Source: Alphaproteobacteria bacterium
GTDB lineage: Bacteria > Pseudomonadota > Alphaproteobacteria > Bin95
DNA length: 64,000 bases
Assembly: GCA_040263875.1 (NCBI GenBank)
Contig: JBDQJI010000001.1
Coordinates: forward strand, 13,705 to 77,704
Direction of reading: 5' to 3'
Part shown: piece by piece, positions 31,469 through 40,816 of the stretch
Layout of the letters: every line of letters starts with the position of its first letter
Numbering within the stretch: position 1 is the first letter of the stretch
Position numbers and translations under genes: made by a program
Notes under the pieces: model-generated
Told to the model about the DNA's origin: nothing
Database searches by the model: none
What the model saw: the letters and a program-made list of their open reading frames with translations, nothing else

Positions 31469-31917
31469 GGCAGCGTGCCTTCAATAACGTATGTCAGGAT
31501 TTCAACTGCCTGGCTTGGCTGCTCAATTACGGCCAACGCTGCACCATCCACCTCTTTAAGGGCATGGGCGTGGTCGGGGCCGTGCATCACGATCAGCGAC
31601 TTGCCAAGTGCTGCCGCTATGCCAGCGTCGAACGCTGCATTCCACTGTTTATACTTATCGCCGAAGCGCACGATCACGATATCTGCCTGCTCAATCTGGC
31701 GACGGGTACGGATTGCGTTCAGCTTGGCACCCTTGTGGTCATGCCAAAATTTATCAGATTCCGCACCCATTATGGCCACGCCACAATCGTCCGAAGCATC
31801 GTGATCCGTTACCGGAGCAGCGAAGGAAACATCCAGCCCTTTTGCAGCCACTGCAGACGTAATTTCATTCCGCCAGTCAGTGTGGATTTCGCCAGAAAGA
31901 TATACACGCCAAGTCAT
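31465..31917 (-). CDS. YtoQ-family protein (nucleoside 2-deoxyribosyltransferase-like fold).
   Basis: Matches the conserved YtoQ family (MTWRVYLSGEIHTDWRNEI ... IVMHGPDHAHALKEVD). Start taken at M16 of the track ORF, 20 nt after the trmFO stop. Confidence 0.65.
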   Translation of the reverse strand: MTWRVYLSGEIHTDWRNEITSAVAAKGLDVSFAAPVTDHDASDDCGVAIMGAESDKFWHDHKGAKLNAIRTRRQIEQADIVIVRFGDKYKQWNAAFDAGIAAALGKSLIVMHGPDHAHALKEVDGAALAVIEQPSQAVEILTYVIEGTLP

Positions 31918-31936
31918 CAGATTTTCTCCGTTAGTG

Positions 31937-33322
31937 TCATTCTGCGGCAGCGACGGTGCCACCTGCTAGCCAGGATTGAATTTCAGCCTTCGCGCGCTCT
32001 GTCATAAGCCGCCGCCGTTCAACACGGCCTTTGCGGCCGCGGGGCGCCGCCTCCGTCAGCGGCGGCAGTAGGCCGAAGTTCACATTCATAGGCTGATAGG
32101 CGAGCTTGGAAGCGCCCTCCCCAGTCATGTGGCCGCCAGTGACATGGGCCAGCATGCACCCGAGCGCCGTCGTATCGGCTGGCGCTGGCAGTGTTTGACC
32201 AAGTGCCTCAGCCGCCGCAAACCGGCCAGCAAGCATGCCAAGACCTGCGCTCTCCACATAGCCCTCAACACCAGCGATCTGGCCAGCAAAACGGATATGT
32301 GGGCTGCTTTTCAGACGAAGCTCACCATCCAACAGCTTGGGGCTTTCGATAAAGGTATTCCGGTGAATGCCGCCAAGACGCGCAAACTCCGCTCTCTCCA
32401 AACCTGGGATCATGCGGAAGACATTCGCCTGTGCGCCATGCCGCAACTTGGTCTGGAAGCCGACGATATTATAGATCGTGCCCTGCAGATTATCTTGACG
32501 AAGCTGCACCACTGCATAGGCGCGCTTACCTGTCGCTGGGTTGGTGAGGCCAACCGGTTTCATTGGACCAAAACGCAAAGTTTCTGGCCCGCGCTCCGCC
32601 ATTACCTCAATGGGAAGGCAGCCTTCGAAATACGGCGTGTCTTTCTCCCAATCCTGGAATTCAGTCTTATCGCCAGTCACCAATGCATGGATGAACGCCT
32701 CATACTGCTCCTTATCCATCGGGCAGTTGATGTAGTCGGCACCGTCACCGCCTGGGCCTTTCTTGTCGTAGCGGGATTGGCGCCACGCAATGTCCATATT
32801 GATGCTGTCGAGGTAGACAATCGGCGCAATCGCATCAAAGAACGCCAGCGCATCCGCGCCTGTTTCCGCCTGGATCGCTTCCGCCAACGGCGTACTGGTC
32901 AATGGGCCGGTCGCGATAATCGTTTGGCCCCAATCTTCAGGCGGCAGGCCGGACACTTCCTCCCGGCGGATCCCCACCAATGGCTCATCTTCAAGCGCTT
33001 TGGTGATCGCGGCTGAGAATACATCCCGGTCCACCGCGAGCGCATCGCCTGCAGGCACCTTGGCTTCCTCAGCCGCCTGCATCATTAGCGAGTTTGCAGC
33101 CCGCATCTCCCAGTGCAGTAAACCGACGGCGTTGTGTTCCGAATCGTCAGACCGGAAAGAGTTCGAGCACACAAGCTCTGCCAACCCTTCCGTTTGATGC
33201 GCCGGGGATGTTTTATGGGGCCGCATTTCATGGATGATCGCCGGAACGCCCGCTCGTGCCAATTGCCACGCCGCTTCCGTTCCAGCCAGTCCGCCGCCGA
33301 TGATGTGCACTGGTTTTGTCAT
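31937..33322 (-). CDS. trmFO: Methylenetetrahydrofolate--tRNA-(uracil54-C5)-methyltransferase TrmFO.
   Basis: 461 aa; FAD motif [17 protein letters not shown] and the overall TrmFO/Gid family signature. Confidence 0.9.
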   Translation of the reverse strand: MTKPVHIIGGGLAGTEAAWQLARAGVPAIIHEMRPHKTSPAHQTEGLAELVCSNSFRSDDSEHNAVGLLHWEMRAANSLMMQAAEEAKVPAGDALAVDRDVFSAAITKALEDEPLVGIRREEVSGLPPEDWGQTIIATGPLTSTPLAEAIQAETGADALAFFDAIAPIVYLDSINMDIAWRQSRYDKKGPGGDGADYINCPMDKEQYEAFIHALVTGDKTEFQDWEKDTPYFEGCLPIEVMAERGPETLRFGPMKPVGLTNPATGKRAYAVVQLRQDNLQGTIYNIVGFQTKLRHGAQANVFRMIPGLERAEFARLGGIHRNTFIESPKLLDGELRLKSSPHIRFAGQIAGVEGYVESAGLGMLAGRFAAAEALGQTLPAPADTTALGCMLAHVTGGHMTGEGASKLAYQPMNVNFGLLPPLTEAAPRGRKGRVERRRLMTERAKAEIQSWLAGGTVAAAE

Positions 33323-33383
33323 GCCCTGATCAATATGATCAGCAAGCCGCTACGACAAGGCCCCAGGACATGATTTAGCGGTG

Positions 33384-34172
33384 TTAGGCGGCGTTCACGA
33401 CCAGCATTGCTCGTTTAATCCGAATGATGAACCGGACTTTGGATATCGCCCCGCCAGCAACAATCTCATTCTCGCCAATATGCAAACGGGTCGCACCTGC
33501 CATGGAGCCCCGGTTGAAAACGCTGATTTCAGCCCCGTTCACAATGGAGCCTAGCCGGTCCTGAAGATCAAAGACAACCACATGGCCTTCATCATCCACA
33601 TCAATGCGCAGATGCCTATCTGCGATGACGGCTCCATCACGGAGCGGCAGACCTAATCGGCCAGGTGTTCGTTCGGTCGAAAGGCCCATCGCCAAGCCTA
33701 TGGTGAACGGGAATTGATCAATGACATGGCCTTTTGGCCCGATGAAGCCTTTTGTCTGCGGCGATCCACCAAGGATACGGACTTGCCGCAAATCTGGACC
33801 ACCGACAATGCCCGGCGGAATATTCCCGTGCGCGACTGATTTGATGTCGCACATGCGCTTACAGATCAATTTAAGCAGACTGACGCCAAGGCCATCTTCA
33901 CCACCAAACGCCTTAAGGAAGGTATTTCGATCTAGTGCGGCCAGCACCGAATTTTCTACAGCTACTGTTGTTGTAGAACGCGGTACGCCGTTGATGACGC
34001 CCATCTCGCCAACGATCTCACCACGCCCCAGTACGGCGACAGGAATAGGGTCGCCACCAGATTCATCTGCGCGACGAACCTCGACCTCTCCAGATTCAAC
34101 GAAATAGACGAAGTCAATGGCTTCGCCAACGCTGTATAGGGTATCGCCTTCCTTCAGCAGAATTGTCTGCAT
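33384..34172 (-). CDS. Cyclic-nucleotide-binding domain + FHA-like domain protein (paralog 1).
   Basis: N-terminal cNMP-binding domain with an intact phosphate-binding cassette (GEMG...RSTT). C-terminal FHA-like domain (GRLGLP...DRHLRI...GSIVNGAEI). Confidence 0.7.
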   Translation of the reverse strand: MQTILLKEGDTLYSVGEAIDFVYFVESGEVEVRRADESGGDPIPVAVLGRGEIVGEMGVINGVPRSTTTVAVENSVLAALDRNTFLKAFGGEDGLGVSLLKLICKRMCDIKSVAHGNIPPGIVGGPDLRQVRILGGSPQTKGFIGPKGHVIDQFPFTIGLAMGLSTERTPGRLGLPLRDGAVIADRHLRIDVDDEGHVVVFDLQDRLGSIVNGAEISVFNRGSMAGATRLHIGENEIVAGGAISKVRFIIRIKRAMLVVNAA

Positions 34173-34287
34173 CGCAAATCCGCCTCCGCCAGGGTGTCTC
34201 TCAGTGAAATCAGAGGACGCCGCCCATCCCTAAGAGCGGGTTAAATGGCGCTCAGTCATCCTGTGGATGATTTCAAAATGCCAGAAA

Positions 34288-35064
34288 TTACGCCGCCGCC
34301 TCACCCGCCATTGCGCTGCTCAGGCGAAGCGTGAAACGGATAGGCGACCATTGCCCGCCCGCTATGATCTCATTGTCGCCAGCATGAAGGTTCGCAATGG
34401 CGCCAGTCTCAAATCGTTCGAAGGTCGAAATGCGACGTCCATTGACGACACTGCCCAGCCAGCTTTCAAGATCGCGAACAATCAACGCGCCATCTGGTCC
34501 TGCTTCGATCTGGAAATGGTCTTCGCCAAGCTGACCAGCAGCTGCCATAGGCAGCCCCAAGCGGTTTGGCTTGATCTCAACCGACGTGCTTTCAGACAAA
34601 CCGACGACAAACGGCAGGCTTTGGATGACAATGCCCCCCACACCCAGCAGCGATTGTAGTTCTGGCGAAGCGCCAAGCAATTGCATGCCTGCGACAGAGC
34701 CGGAATGCGCTGGGTCGCCCGCAACATGGACAGCTTCAGTCGTCGCGCAAAGCCGGTCGCAAATCATGCGGAGAAGCTTTAGGCCAACGCCCTTCTCACC
34801 GCCGAACGCTTCCTTGAATTCATTCGTATCAATCGACGCCAGCGTCAGCGGTGTAGCAGCGACAATCGTCGTCGACCGGACGCAATTTCGGACAACGCCC
34901 ATTTCACCAAGCATCTGGCCTTTGCCAAGCGTCGCCACCGTGACTTCCTGGTGGTCCATTACCCGGCGGACCTCAACCTCACCAGCCTCAATGAAATACA
35001 CCTTGTCGCTGATGTCGCCAGCGCGGTAGAGCACCTCACCAGCCTGCAGTTTGACAGTCTGCAT
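34288..35064 (-). CDS. Cyclic-nucleotide-binding domain + FHA-like domain protein (paralog 2).
   Basis: Same two-domain architecture as the adjacent gene (GEMG...RSTT; NRLGLP...GSVVNGRRI). Start taken at M7 of the track ORF (MQTVKLQAGEVLY aligns with paralog 1 MQTILLKEGDTLY). Confidence 0.7.
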   Translation of the reverse strand: MQTVKLQAGEVLYRAGDISDKVYFIEAGEVEVRRVMDHQEVTVATLGKGQMLGEMGVVRNCVRSTTIVAATPLTLASIDTNEFKEAFGGEKGVGLKLLRMICDRLCATTEAVHVAGDPAHSGSVAGMQLLGASPELQSLLGVGGIVIQSLPFVVGLSESTSVEIKPNRLGLPMAAAGQLGEDHFQIEAGPDGALIVRDLESWLGSVVNGRRISTFERFETGAIANLHAGDNEIIAGGQWSPIRFTLRLSSAMAGEAAA

Positions 35065-35151
35065 CGCCTGAATATCCCGCAATAAATGTGGACTTCAGTT
35101 TAAGCGATCCGTCGCTAAGGCAGCGTTAAGAGGATGCCGTGTCTGGCTACA

Positions 35152-36387
35152 TCAGCGAAGCTTGCGCATACCTGTCGCGACCCAATACCAAAGCGCTGCG
35201 ACGCATTGCATGGCAAGGACAGCCCCGAATATTAGCGCGTATGCCTCTGCCGGGCGCTGACCATCTTCCATTGGCCAGCTTTCCAACGCTGAGCCGATGC
35301 CAAACTGAAGACCAGCCGCCATCGCAAACAGCATTAGATTAAGCGCAGTATTAGAGCGTCCCGCGAGCGCTGGCCCGAAATGTTCCGCCAGATGCGCGTT
35401 CGCCAAGACGCCGAGTTGCCCCGTCAACGCGAATGTCAGCCATAATGCCCAGGTCCACTCGACATAGCCCAAGACAATAAAGAATTGGCAGACCAAAAAC
35501 GCAGCCAGCGCGAAATGCATCACAAACAGCGGGCCTTTGCCCTGCCGGCGCGCAAAATCTGCGGCGGCACCCCCGCCCAATATTCCGGCCAGAAAAGCAA
35601 CCGCCATGCCGGTCAGCACTGTTGCGACGCCGTCCCGATCAAGGCCAGCCACATCAGCCAACCAAGGTGCTGCCCACAGGGTCTGCAACGCAATGTGCGC
35701 GCCGCCGGTTACAACAACGTAGGGCGCAATTCGCCAGAACTCGAACGAGCTATAAACCTGTGCGAGACCGCCAAGCGCTTGGCCAAGTGTCGTCCCTTCT
35801 TCTGACTCGCCCCGGCGCGGAACGGCCAGGAAAATGAAGCACGCTGCGAGCGCTGTCACGATCGCCAGCATGAAGAACAGACCGCGCCAGCCCAGGATTT
35901 CAGCCGTAACATAGGCCGGATATGAGGCCGCAAGCACACCAACGCCGCCGAACGCCATAACCCAGGAATTCAGCAGTGGAATACGGCCCGCAGGTGCAAA
36001 AATGGCAACGGCTTTGAAGCTGGCCATCAATCCGCCGGCAAAACCCAGACCGATCATGCCGCGCGCCAACACCAGAACGGTCTCATTCTGCGCAAACCCG
36101 AATAATGCCGCGCCAGCCGCCGCAACCAACAATAATGCCGCCTGCACTCGGCGCGGGCCATATTTGTCGAGTAATATTCCAAGCGGTGGCTGGAATGCAG
36201 CGAATGCGATCAGATAGGCAGCCGTTAGTAACCCAAGGCCTTCTGTGGTGAGGCCGACATCACGGATTAGATCGGGCGCGACAACAGCATTCACCGCCCG
36301 GAAAAGATATGAAAGAAAATAGCCACAGCCGAACGGCAATAAGACCGTCGTCGCTATCCGGCCAAGCGACAATTGGGGATGGTTCAT
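35152..36387 (-). CDS. MFS transporter (12 TM).
   Basis: 411 aa, hydrophobic throughout. The N-terminal region matches the MFS motif around TM2-3 (LLDKYGPRR). Confidence 0.8.
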   Translation of the reverse strand: MNHPQLSLGRIATTVLLPFGCGYFLSYLFRAVNAVVAPDLIRDVGLTTEGLGLLTAAYLIAFAAFQPPLGILLDKYGPRRVQAALLLVAAAGAALFGFAQNETVLVLARGMIGLGFAGGLMASFKAVAIFAPAGRIPLLNSWVMAFGGVGVLAASYPAYVTAEILGWRGLFFMLAIVTALAACFIFLAVPRRGESEEGTTLGQALGGLAQVYSSFEFWRIAPYVVVTGGAHIALQTLWAAPWLADVAGLDRDGVATVLTGMAVAFLAGILGGGAAADFARRQGKGPLFVMHFALAAFLVCQFFIVLGYVEWTWALWLTFALTGQLGVLANAHLAEHFGPALAGRSNTALNLMLFAMAAGLQFGIGSALESWPMEDGQRPAEAYALIFGAVLAMQCVAALWYWVATGMRKLR

Positions 36388-36402
36388 GGTGTGATGTCGC
36401 CC

Positions 36403-37443
36403 TTAATAGCGCTTGGTAACGCCGCCGCGCCCGCCCGTGTTCAGGCGATCTGCAAATTCAGGTGCCAGCGGCCTGCCATTTGGAATATTCAGCCAGAGAC
36501 GGAGTAATAGCCGCCGCTCCTCTGGCATGTCCCAGTCCACATATCCGCCCCGGCTGTGCAGGGTCGTATGATTGTTCAAAAGCTGGATGTCGCCAGGCTC
36601 GAACGCCATTGGCAGCAATAGGTCTTCCGACAGTGCCATATCCTCGACCAGTGTGATCGCTTCAATTTGCGCTGGCGTTAGGGTGATGCCGAGTTTCCCG
36701 GCGCCCAGTTCGATTTGTTGTTTATTGAAGCGGCAGGAGAGCAAGCCTTCGAACCAGCTATAAACCGGCACCTGATTCTGCGTCAGTTCATCCGCCGTAC
36801 GGCCTTTGCCGACGAGGTCATAGCGAAAACCTTGCATCAGCGGTGGCAGCAAGTCTGGCCGTTCTGCCAAAATGCAGTTGTAGACACTGATGGACGATGC
36901 GATCCAACTCTCCCCGCCTTCTTTGGCCGGACGGACGCAGAGTAAACCCACCACATCCGCTGAGTCCGAATGCGGTGCAAGGAATGCGTTGGTGCGATGG
37001 CCACGCACACCTTCCTCATAATATCCGCCCTTAGCGTATTTTCCGCTTTCCATGTCCGTAACACGGCCCAGCATGTCACCTTGGCTGTTCTGAGAAATCA
37101 CTTGGCCAAGATGCGCGCCAAGGCCCCAATACAGCAGTGATAAGTGGTCTAGTCCGTAATTGGCCACATCCAGGCCGCGCAGCAATACGAAGCCGCGGCC
37201 ATATTCGATGTCTTCCAGCAGGCGCTTCAGCTTTGGCGCGAGCGATGGGAGTGGAAAGTCATCCTGCCCGAATTCAAGCGGCCCCAATCCACGCGCCGCT
37301 AGATCCGCGGTCGCGCGCTCCAATTCAACTAAGTCAGTCGGCGTGAAATGGAATATCCAGGACTGATCCTGCTCCATTTCTGGGCGAGTCCATGCAGATG
37401 GGCCAGTGGCGATGGGTGGAAGCGTCGTCGGCATTGATTTCAC
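36403..37443 (-). CDS. TauD/TfdA-family Fe(II)/2-oxoglutarate-dependent dioxygenase.
   Basis: 346 aa; HxD facial triad (APHSDSAD), distal His (TTLHSRGG) and the overall TfdA-like organisation. Confidence 0.78.
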   Translation of the reverse strand: MKSMPTTLPPIATGPSAWTRPEMEQDQSWIFHFTPTDLVELERATADLAARGLGPLEFGQDDFPLPSLAPKLKRLLEDIEYGRGFVLLRGLDVANYGLDHLSLLYWGLGAHLGQVISQNSQGDMLGRVTDMESGKYAKGGYYEEGVRGHRTNAFLAPHSDSADVVGLLCVRPAKEGGESWIASSISVYNCILAERPDLLPPLMQGFRYDLVGKGRTADELTQNQVPVYSWFEGLLSCRFNKQQIELGAGKLGITLTPAQIEAITLVEDMALSEDLLLPMAFEPGDIQLLNNHTTLHSRGGYVDWDMPEERRLLLRLWLNIPNGRPLAPEFADRLNTGGRGGVTKRY

Positions 37444-37505
37444 GGGGCCTCAGAAGATTGGCGCACCCATAATGTAGCGGAGGGCTGTACCAGAGGGAAA
37501 GCAGG

Positions 37506-38459
37506 TTACGGAATAGCATTTTCCGGGGTGCGGCCAGCGAAGACATCCTTCAACCCGGCGATCAAAGCTTCCGCCATCGCGACACGGGTCTCCACCGTAG
37601 AACTGCCAATATGGGGAAGCATGAAGACGTTGGGCAAGTTCAAGTACCGGGAATCAAAAGCTGGCTCGCCCGCGAGGACATCAAGCCCAGCTGCATAAAC
37701 CCGCCCATCCTGAAGCGCAGGGATCAGTGCGTTATCATCAATGATGTCGCCGCGCCCAACGTTTAGGACAACAGCGGTTGGGCGCATCATCGCAATGCGC
37801 TGGTCGTTCAGGAAATGATGAGTATCCGGTGTGAGGGGGCTGGCAAGCAGCAACACATCGGTCTCGGCCAGAAACGCATCTGCGTCAGCGATATAGCGGG
37901 CACCATCCTCAATCTCCGGCGCTAAGCGGCGGCGGTTATGGTACGCGATTTTCATGCCGAATGCCCGCGCCCGCGCCGCTGCAGCAAGCCCGATCCGCCC
38001 CATGCCAAACACACCAAACGTCTTGCCCGCGAGGCCTTGTCCAATGAGTTGGCGTGAATGCCAGCCTTGCCATTCACCGGAACGAATGAGATTGATCGAT
38101 TCTGTCGCCCGGCGAGTGGCCCCCAACATCAGCAAAATCGCTGTATCGGCAACTGCGTCTGTCAGAACATCAGACGTAAAAAGCGCTACCCTGCCGCTCG
38201 CCTTGATCGTCGGCACATCCAGATGATCCATACCGACAGAATAAGTACCAACGGCGCGAATTGAGCTTGGTAGCCCCTTGACCACATCACCCTTCACCTG
38301 GATCGGCGGGGTAACAATCAGCGCTTCGGCACCTTCCAGTGCTGCCAGATCATCCGGCAATGCGCCCTCGAGAAATGTCGTATCGAATGCAGCTTGGAGC
38401 GCAGCTTCGGCCTCATCTGGTAGCCGGAACGCAACAGTGATGGTGTGTCGGTCAGCCAC
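37506..38459 (-). CDS. D-isomer-specific 2-hydroxyacid dehydrogenase (glyoxylate/hydroxypyruvate reductase-like; SerA-like fold).
   Basis: NAD motif GVFGMGRIGLAAAARARAFGM; catalytic R/E/H arrangement. Confidence 0.85.
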   Translation of the reverse strand: MADRHTITVAFRLPDEAEAALQAAFDTTFLEGALPDDLAALEGAEALIVTPPIQVKGDVVKGLPSSIRAVGTYSVGMDHLDVPTIKASGRVALFTSDVLTDAVADTAILLMLGATRRATESINLIRSGEWQGWHSRQLIGQGLAGKTFGVFGMGRIGLAAAARARAFGMKIAYHNRRRLAPEIEDGARYIADADAFLAETDVLLLASPLTPDTHHFLNDQRIAMMRPTAVVLNVGRGDIIDDNALIPALQDGRVYAAGLDVLAGEPAFDSRYLNLPNVFMLPHIGSSTVETRVAMAEALIAGLKDVFAGRTPENAIP

Positions 38460-38471
38460 GCGCGCCTGCCA

Positions 38472-39335
38472 TCACCAAGCCAACGCTGGCATGAAGTAAT
38501 CTGGCGCTGGGTGCTGTTCTTCCTTCGCTTTCGCGACAACGGCTTCAGGTGCAGGGTCTGATGTTTCGAAGCCATCCACATAAATGCCTGACGCCAAAAA
38601 TAGCGCATCGCACCCGGCAGCCTTAGCACCTGCAACATCGGTGCGGATTGCGTCGCCTATACCAAGGACGCGCTTTGGTTCCGGCATGCCCAGCGTCTCA
38701 AAACACATGGCGTAGACGGAGGGGTACGGCTTGCCGTGATAAGCGACATCGCCGCCAAGCGCTTCATAGCGTTGTGCAATAAGGCCAGCGCAAATTGTCA
38801 GATCATCGCCGATATGCACGACCAGATCAGGATTGGCGCAAACCATGGGAAGCTTGAATTTCAGCGCTTCCTGCAGCCTGTCTTCGTAGTCATCCAGCAC
38901 GTCCGCATTGTCATAAGTGCCGGTATTTACGATGAAATCAGCTTCTGAAAGCTTGGTCACAATCTCGAGCCCAGCATCCTGCCGCACAGAATCATCGCGG
39001 TCCGGTCCCAGATGATAGCAACGCCGTCCCAGCGCCTTGTGCCAAGCGTCTGTCGGGCTGGATAGCGCCCGCCATGTCGCTTCGCCGGATGTAACAACAT
39101 GTTGATACACATCCCGCGGCACGCCCATCTCATCCAAGCGCTTCACGATGGCGGACACCCGCCTGGGGCCGTTCGACAGCAGGCATACTGAAACGCCCGC
39201 TGCAGTTGCACGGCTCAGCGCATCCACAGCCGCTGGAAACGGCTCCACGCCATTGTGGACGCAGCCCCATAGATCCACCAGAAGCGCATCATAATTGCCG
39301 ATAATGGCACCAAGGCCAGAGAGTCGCTGCGTCAT
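38472..39335 (-). CDS. HAD-superfamily class IIA hydrolase (TIGR01459-like phosphatase).
   Basis: N-terminal DxD (LLVDLWGCVHNG), conserved Ser/Thr and Lys motifs, C-terminal GD...D; 287 aa. Confidence 0.75.
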   Translation of the reverse strand: MTQRLSGLGAIIGNYDALLVDLWGCVHNGVEPFPAAVDALSRATAAGVSVCLLSNGPRRVSAIVKRLDEMGVPRDVYQHVVTSGEATWRALSSPTDAWHKALGRRCYHLGPDRDDSVRQDAGLEIVTKLSEADFIVNTGTYDNADVLDDYEDRLQEALKFKLPMVCANPDLVVHIGDDLTICAGLIAQRYEALGGDVAYHGKPYPSVYAMCFETLGMPEPKRVLGIGDAIRTDVAGAKAAGCDALFLASGIYVDGFETSDPAPEAVVAKAKEEQHPAPDYFMPALAW

Positions 39336-39343
39336 GGATCGTC

Positions 39344-40801
39344 CTAACTGTTTCTGTGCGCGGCATGGGCACCAGCGGCGCGGCCAAATACAGCCCCGCG
39401 CATGACCGATGTAGAGCCGGTATAGGTTCTGAAATAAACCCCTGATGTTTCGCCAGCGGCATAAAGCCCCGGAATTGGCTGACCGTCATGGTCAAGCACG
39501 CGGGCGGACGCATCGATTTTCAATCCACCAAATGTGAAACACGTGGCAGCAATAATGGGCCAAGCGCGAAATGGCCCCCGCACTAGGGGGCGCGCCCAAT
39601 GGCTGCGACGCGGGCTCAACCCGGATGTCGCCAATCCATCCGGGCGAAGCGGATCAAATCGCCCATCAACTGGGCAGGCTTGATTAAACGTTTCAATCGT
39701 CTCTGCCGCCTGCCCTGCATCGATATCAAGCTGAGCCAACAAGCCATCAAGCGTATCGGCTTCAAATGCCGGCTGGTCCGTGCGGATGGCTTTCCGCCAA
39801 TTCGGGATATCTTCGACCGCGCCATCCAATATGCACCATGCGAGGCCTTGGGATTGCTGGAGTATGTCTCGCGCCGTCGCTTCGTAGGTCGCGTCCACAG
39901 TTGCGGGCGCTTCATCGGTGAAGCGGCGACCTTCGCAGTTCAGTAGAAGACCATAGGTGTAAATTAGCACCACCGGCTCTGCCTCGCCTGAACGCGGATC
40001 AACGGGCTGGGCATGGAAGCTGCCGAAATCGCCGCCGGGAGCAGCACCGGCGGATAAGCCCATCGCCACCCCTTCGCCGCGATTGTAATAACCGCCCCGT
40101 GCAATCGGGCGCGTCCATTGGGCGGCCGGGCCGATATAGCGGGTCATCATCTCCGCATTGCCCTGAAACCCGCCTGTCGCCAACACCACATTCGGTGCAT
40201 GCAGCGCTTCGCGATCACCGCCAATGGGTTTGACAATTACCCCCTCGATCCCGCCATCCCGGCGACGTAACAGGGATTCGGCAGTGGTTTCGAACCGATA
40301 ATCGATCCGGCTCACCATCGCCTCAGCCTTCATGGCTAGCGCCTCAACAATGGCCTGGCCACCGCCCACGGGGCTCATACGTGTCGTGGATTCGGTGATG
40401 AAATAGTTCGGCAGGAAATCGAATGAGAGACCGTGACTTTCCAGCCAAGCCAAAGCGTCCGGCGCGCCATCAGCCCAGGCACCGATCAATTCCGGGTCCA
40501 AGCTAGAATTGGAGCGGAGGATTGCAGGCCAATCCTCCGGCACCCTGGTCCAGTCTTTCGTGATCTCTGGATCAAGCCACCCTGCGGCATTCCCCGCCAA
40601 CGCATCGGCGAAATCTTCCGAGACCTCTTTCTTTGACTGCATGCGCCAAAAAGATTCGGTGTAGCGCGTATTGCCGCCACGCTCCTCAATTGGCGCACGT
40701 TCCAGCAGGGCGACCTTGGCCCCTGCCTCAGCTGCGGTTAGCGCTGCTGACAGCCCAGCAACGCCAGACCCAGCGACAATGACATCATAGGATCGTCCCA
40801 T
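39344..40801 (-). CDS. FAD-dependent dehydrogenase, TcuA (tricarballylate dehydrogenase)-like / fumarate-reductase-flavoprotein-like.
   Basis: The N-terminus DVIVAGSGVAGLSAALTAAEAGAKVALLERAPIEERGGNTRYTE closely parallels the TcuA N-terminus. FAD-binding C-terminal signature present. Confidence 0.75.
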   Translation of the reverse strand: MGRSYDVIVAGSGVAGLSAALTAAEAGAKVALLERAPIEERGGNTRYTESFWRMQSKKEVSEDFADALAGNAAGWLDPEITKDWTRVPEDWPAILRSNSSLDPELIGAWADGAPDALAWLESHGLSFDFLPNYFITESTTRMSPVGGGQAIVEALAMKAEAMVSRIDYRFETTAESLLRRRDGGIEGVIVKPIGGDREALHAPNVVLATGGFQGNAEMMTRYIGPAAQWTRPIARGGYYNRGEGVAMGLSAGAAPGGDFGSFHAQPVDPRSGEAEPVVLIYTYGLLLNCEGRRFTDEAPATVDATYEATARDILQQSQGLAWCILDGAVEDIPNWRKAIRTDQPAFEADTLDGLLAQLDIDAGQAAETIETFNQACPVDGRFDPLRPDGLATSGLSPRRSHWARPLVRGPFRAWPIIAATCFTFGGLKIDASARVLDHDGQPIPGLYAAGETSGVYFRTYTGSTSVMRGAVFGRAAGAHAAHRNS

Positions 40802-40816
40802 CGATACGGAACCAAC

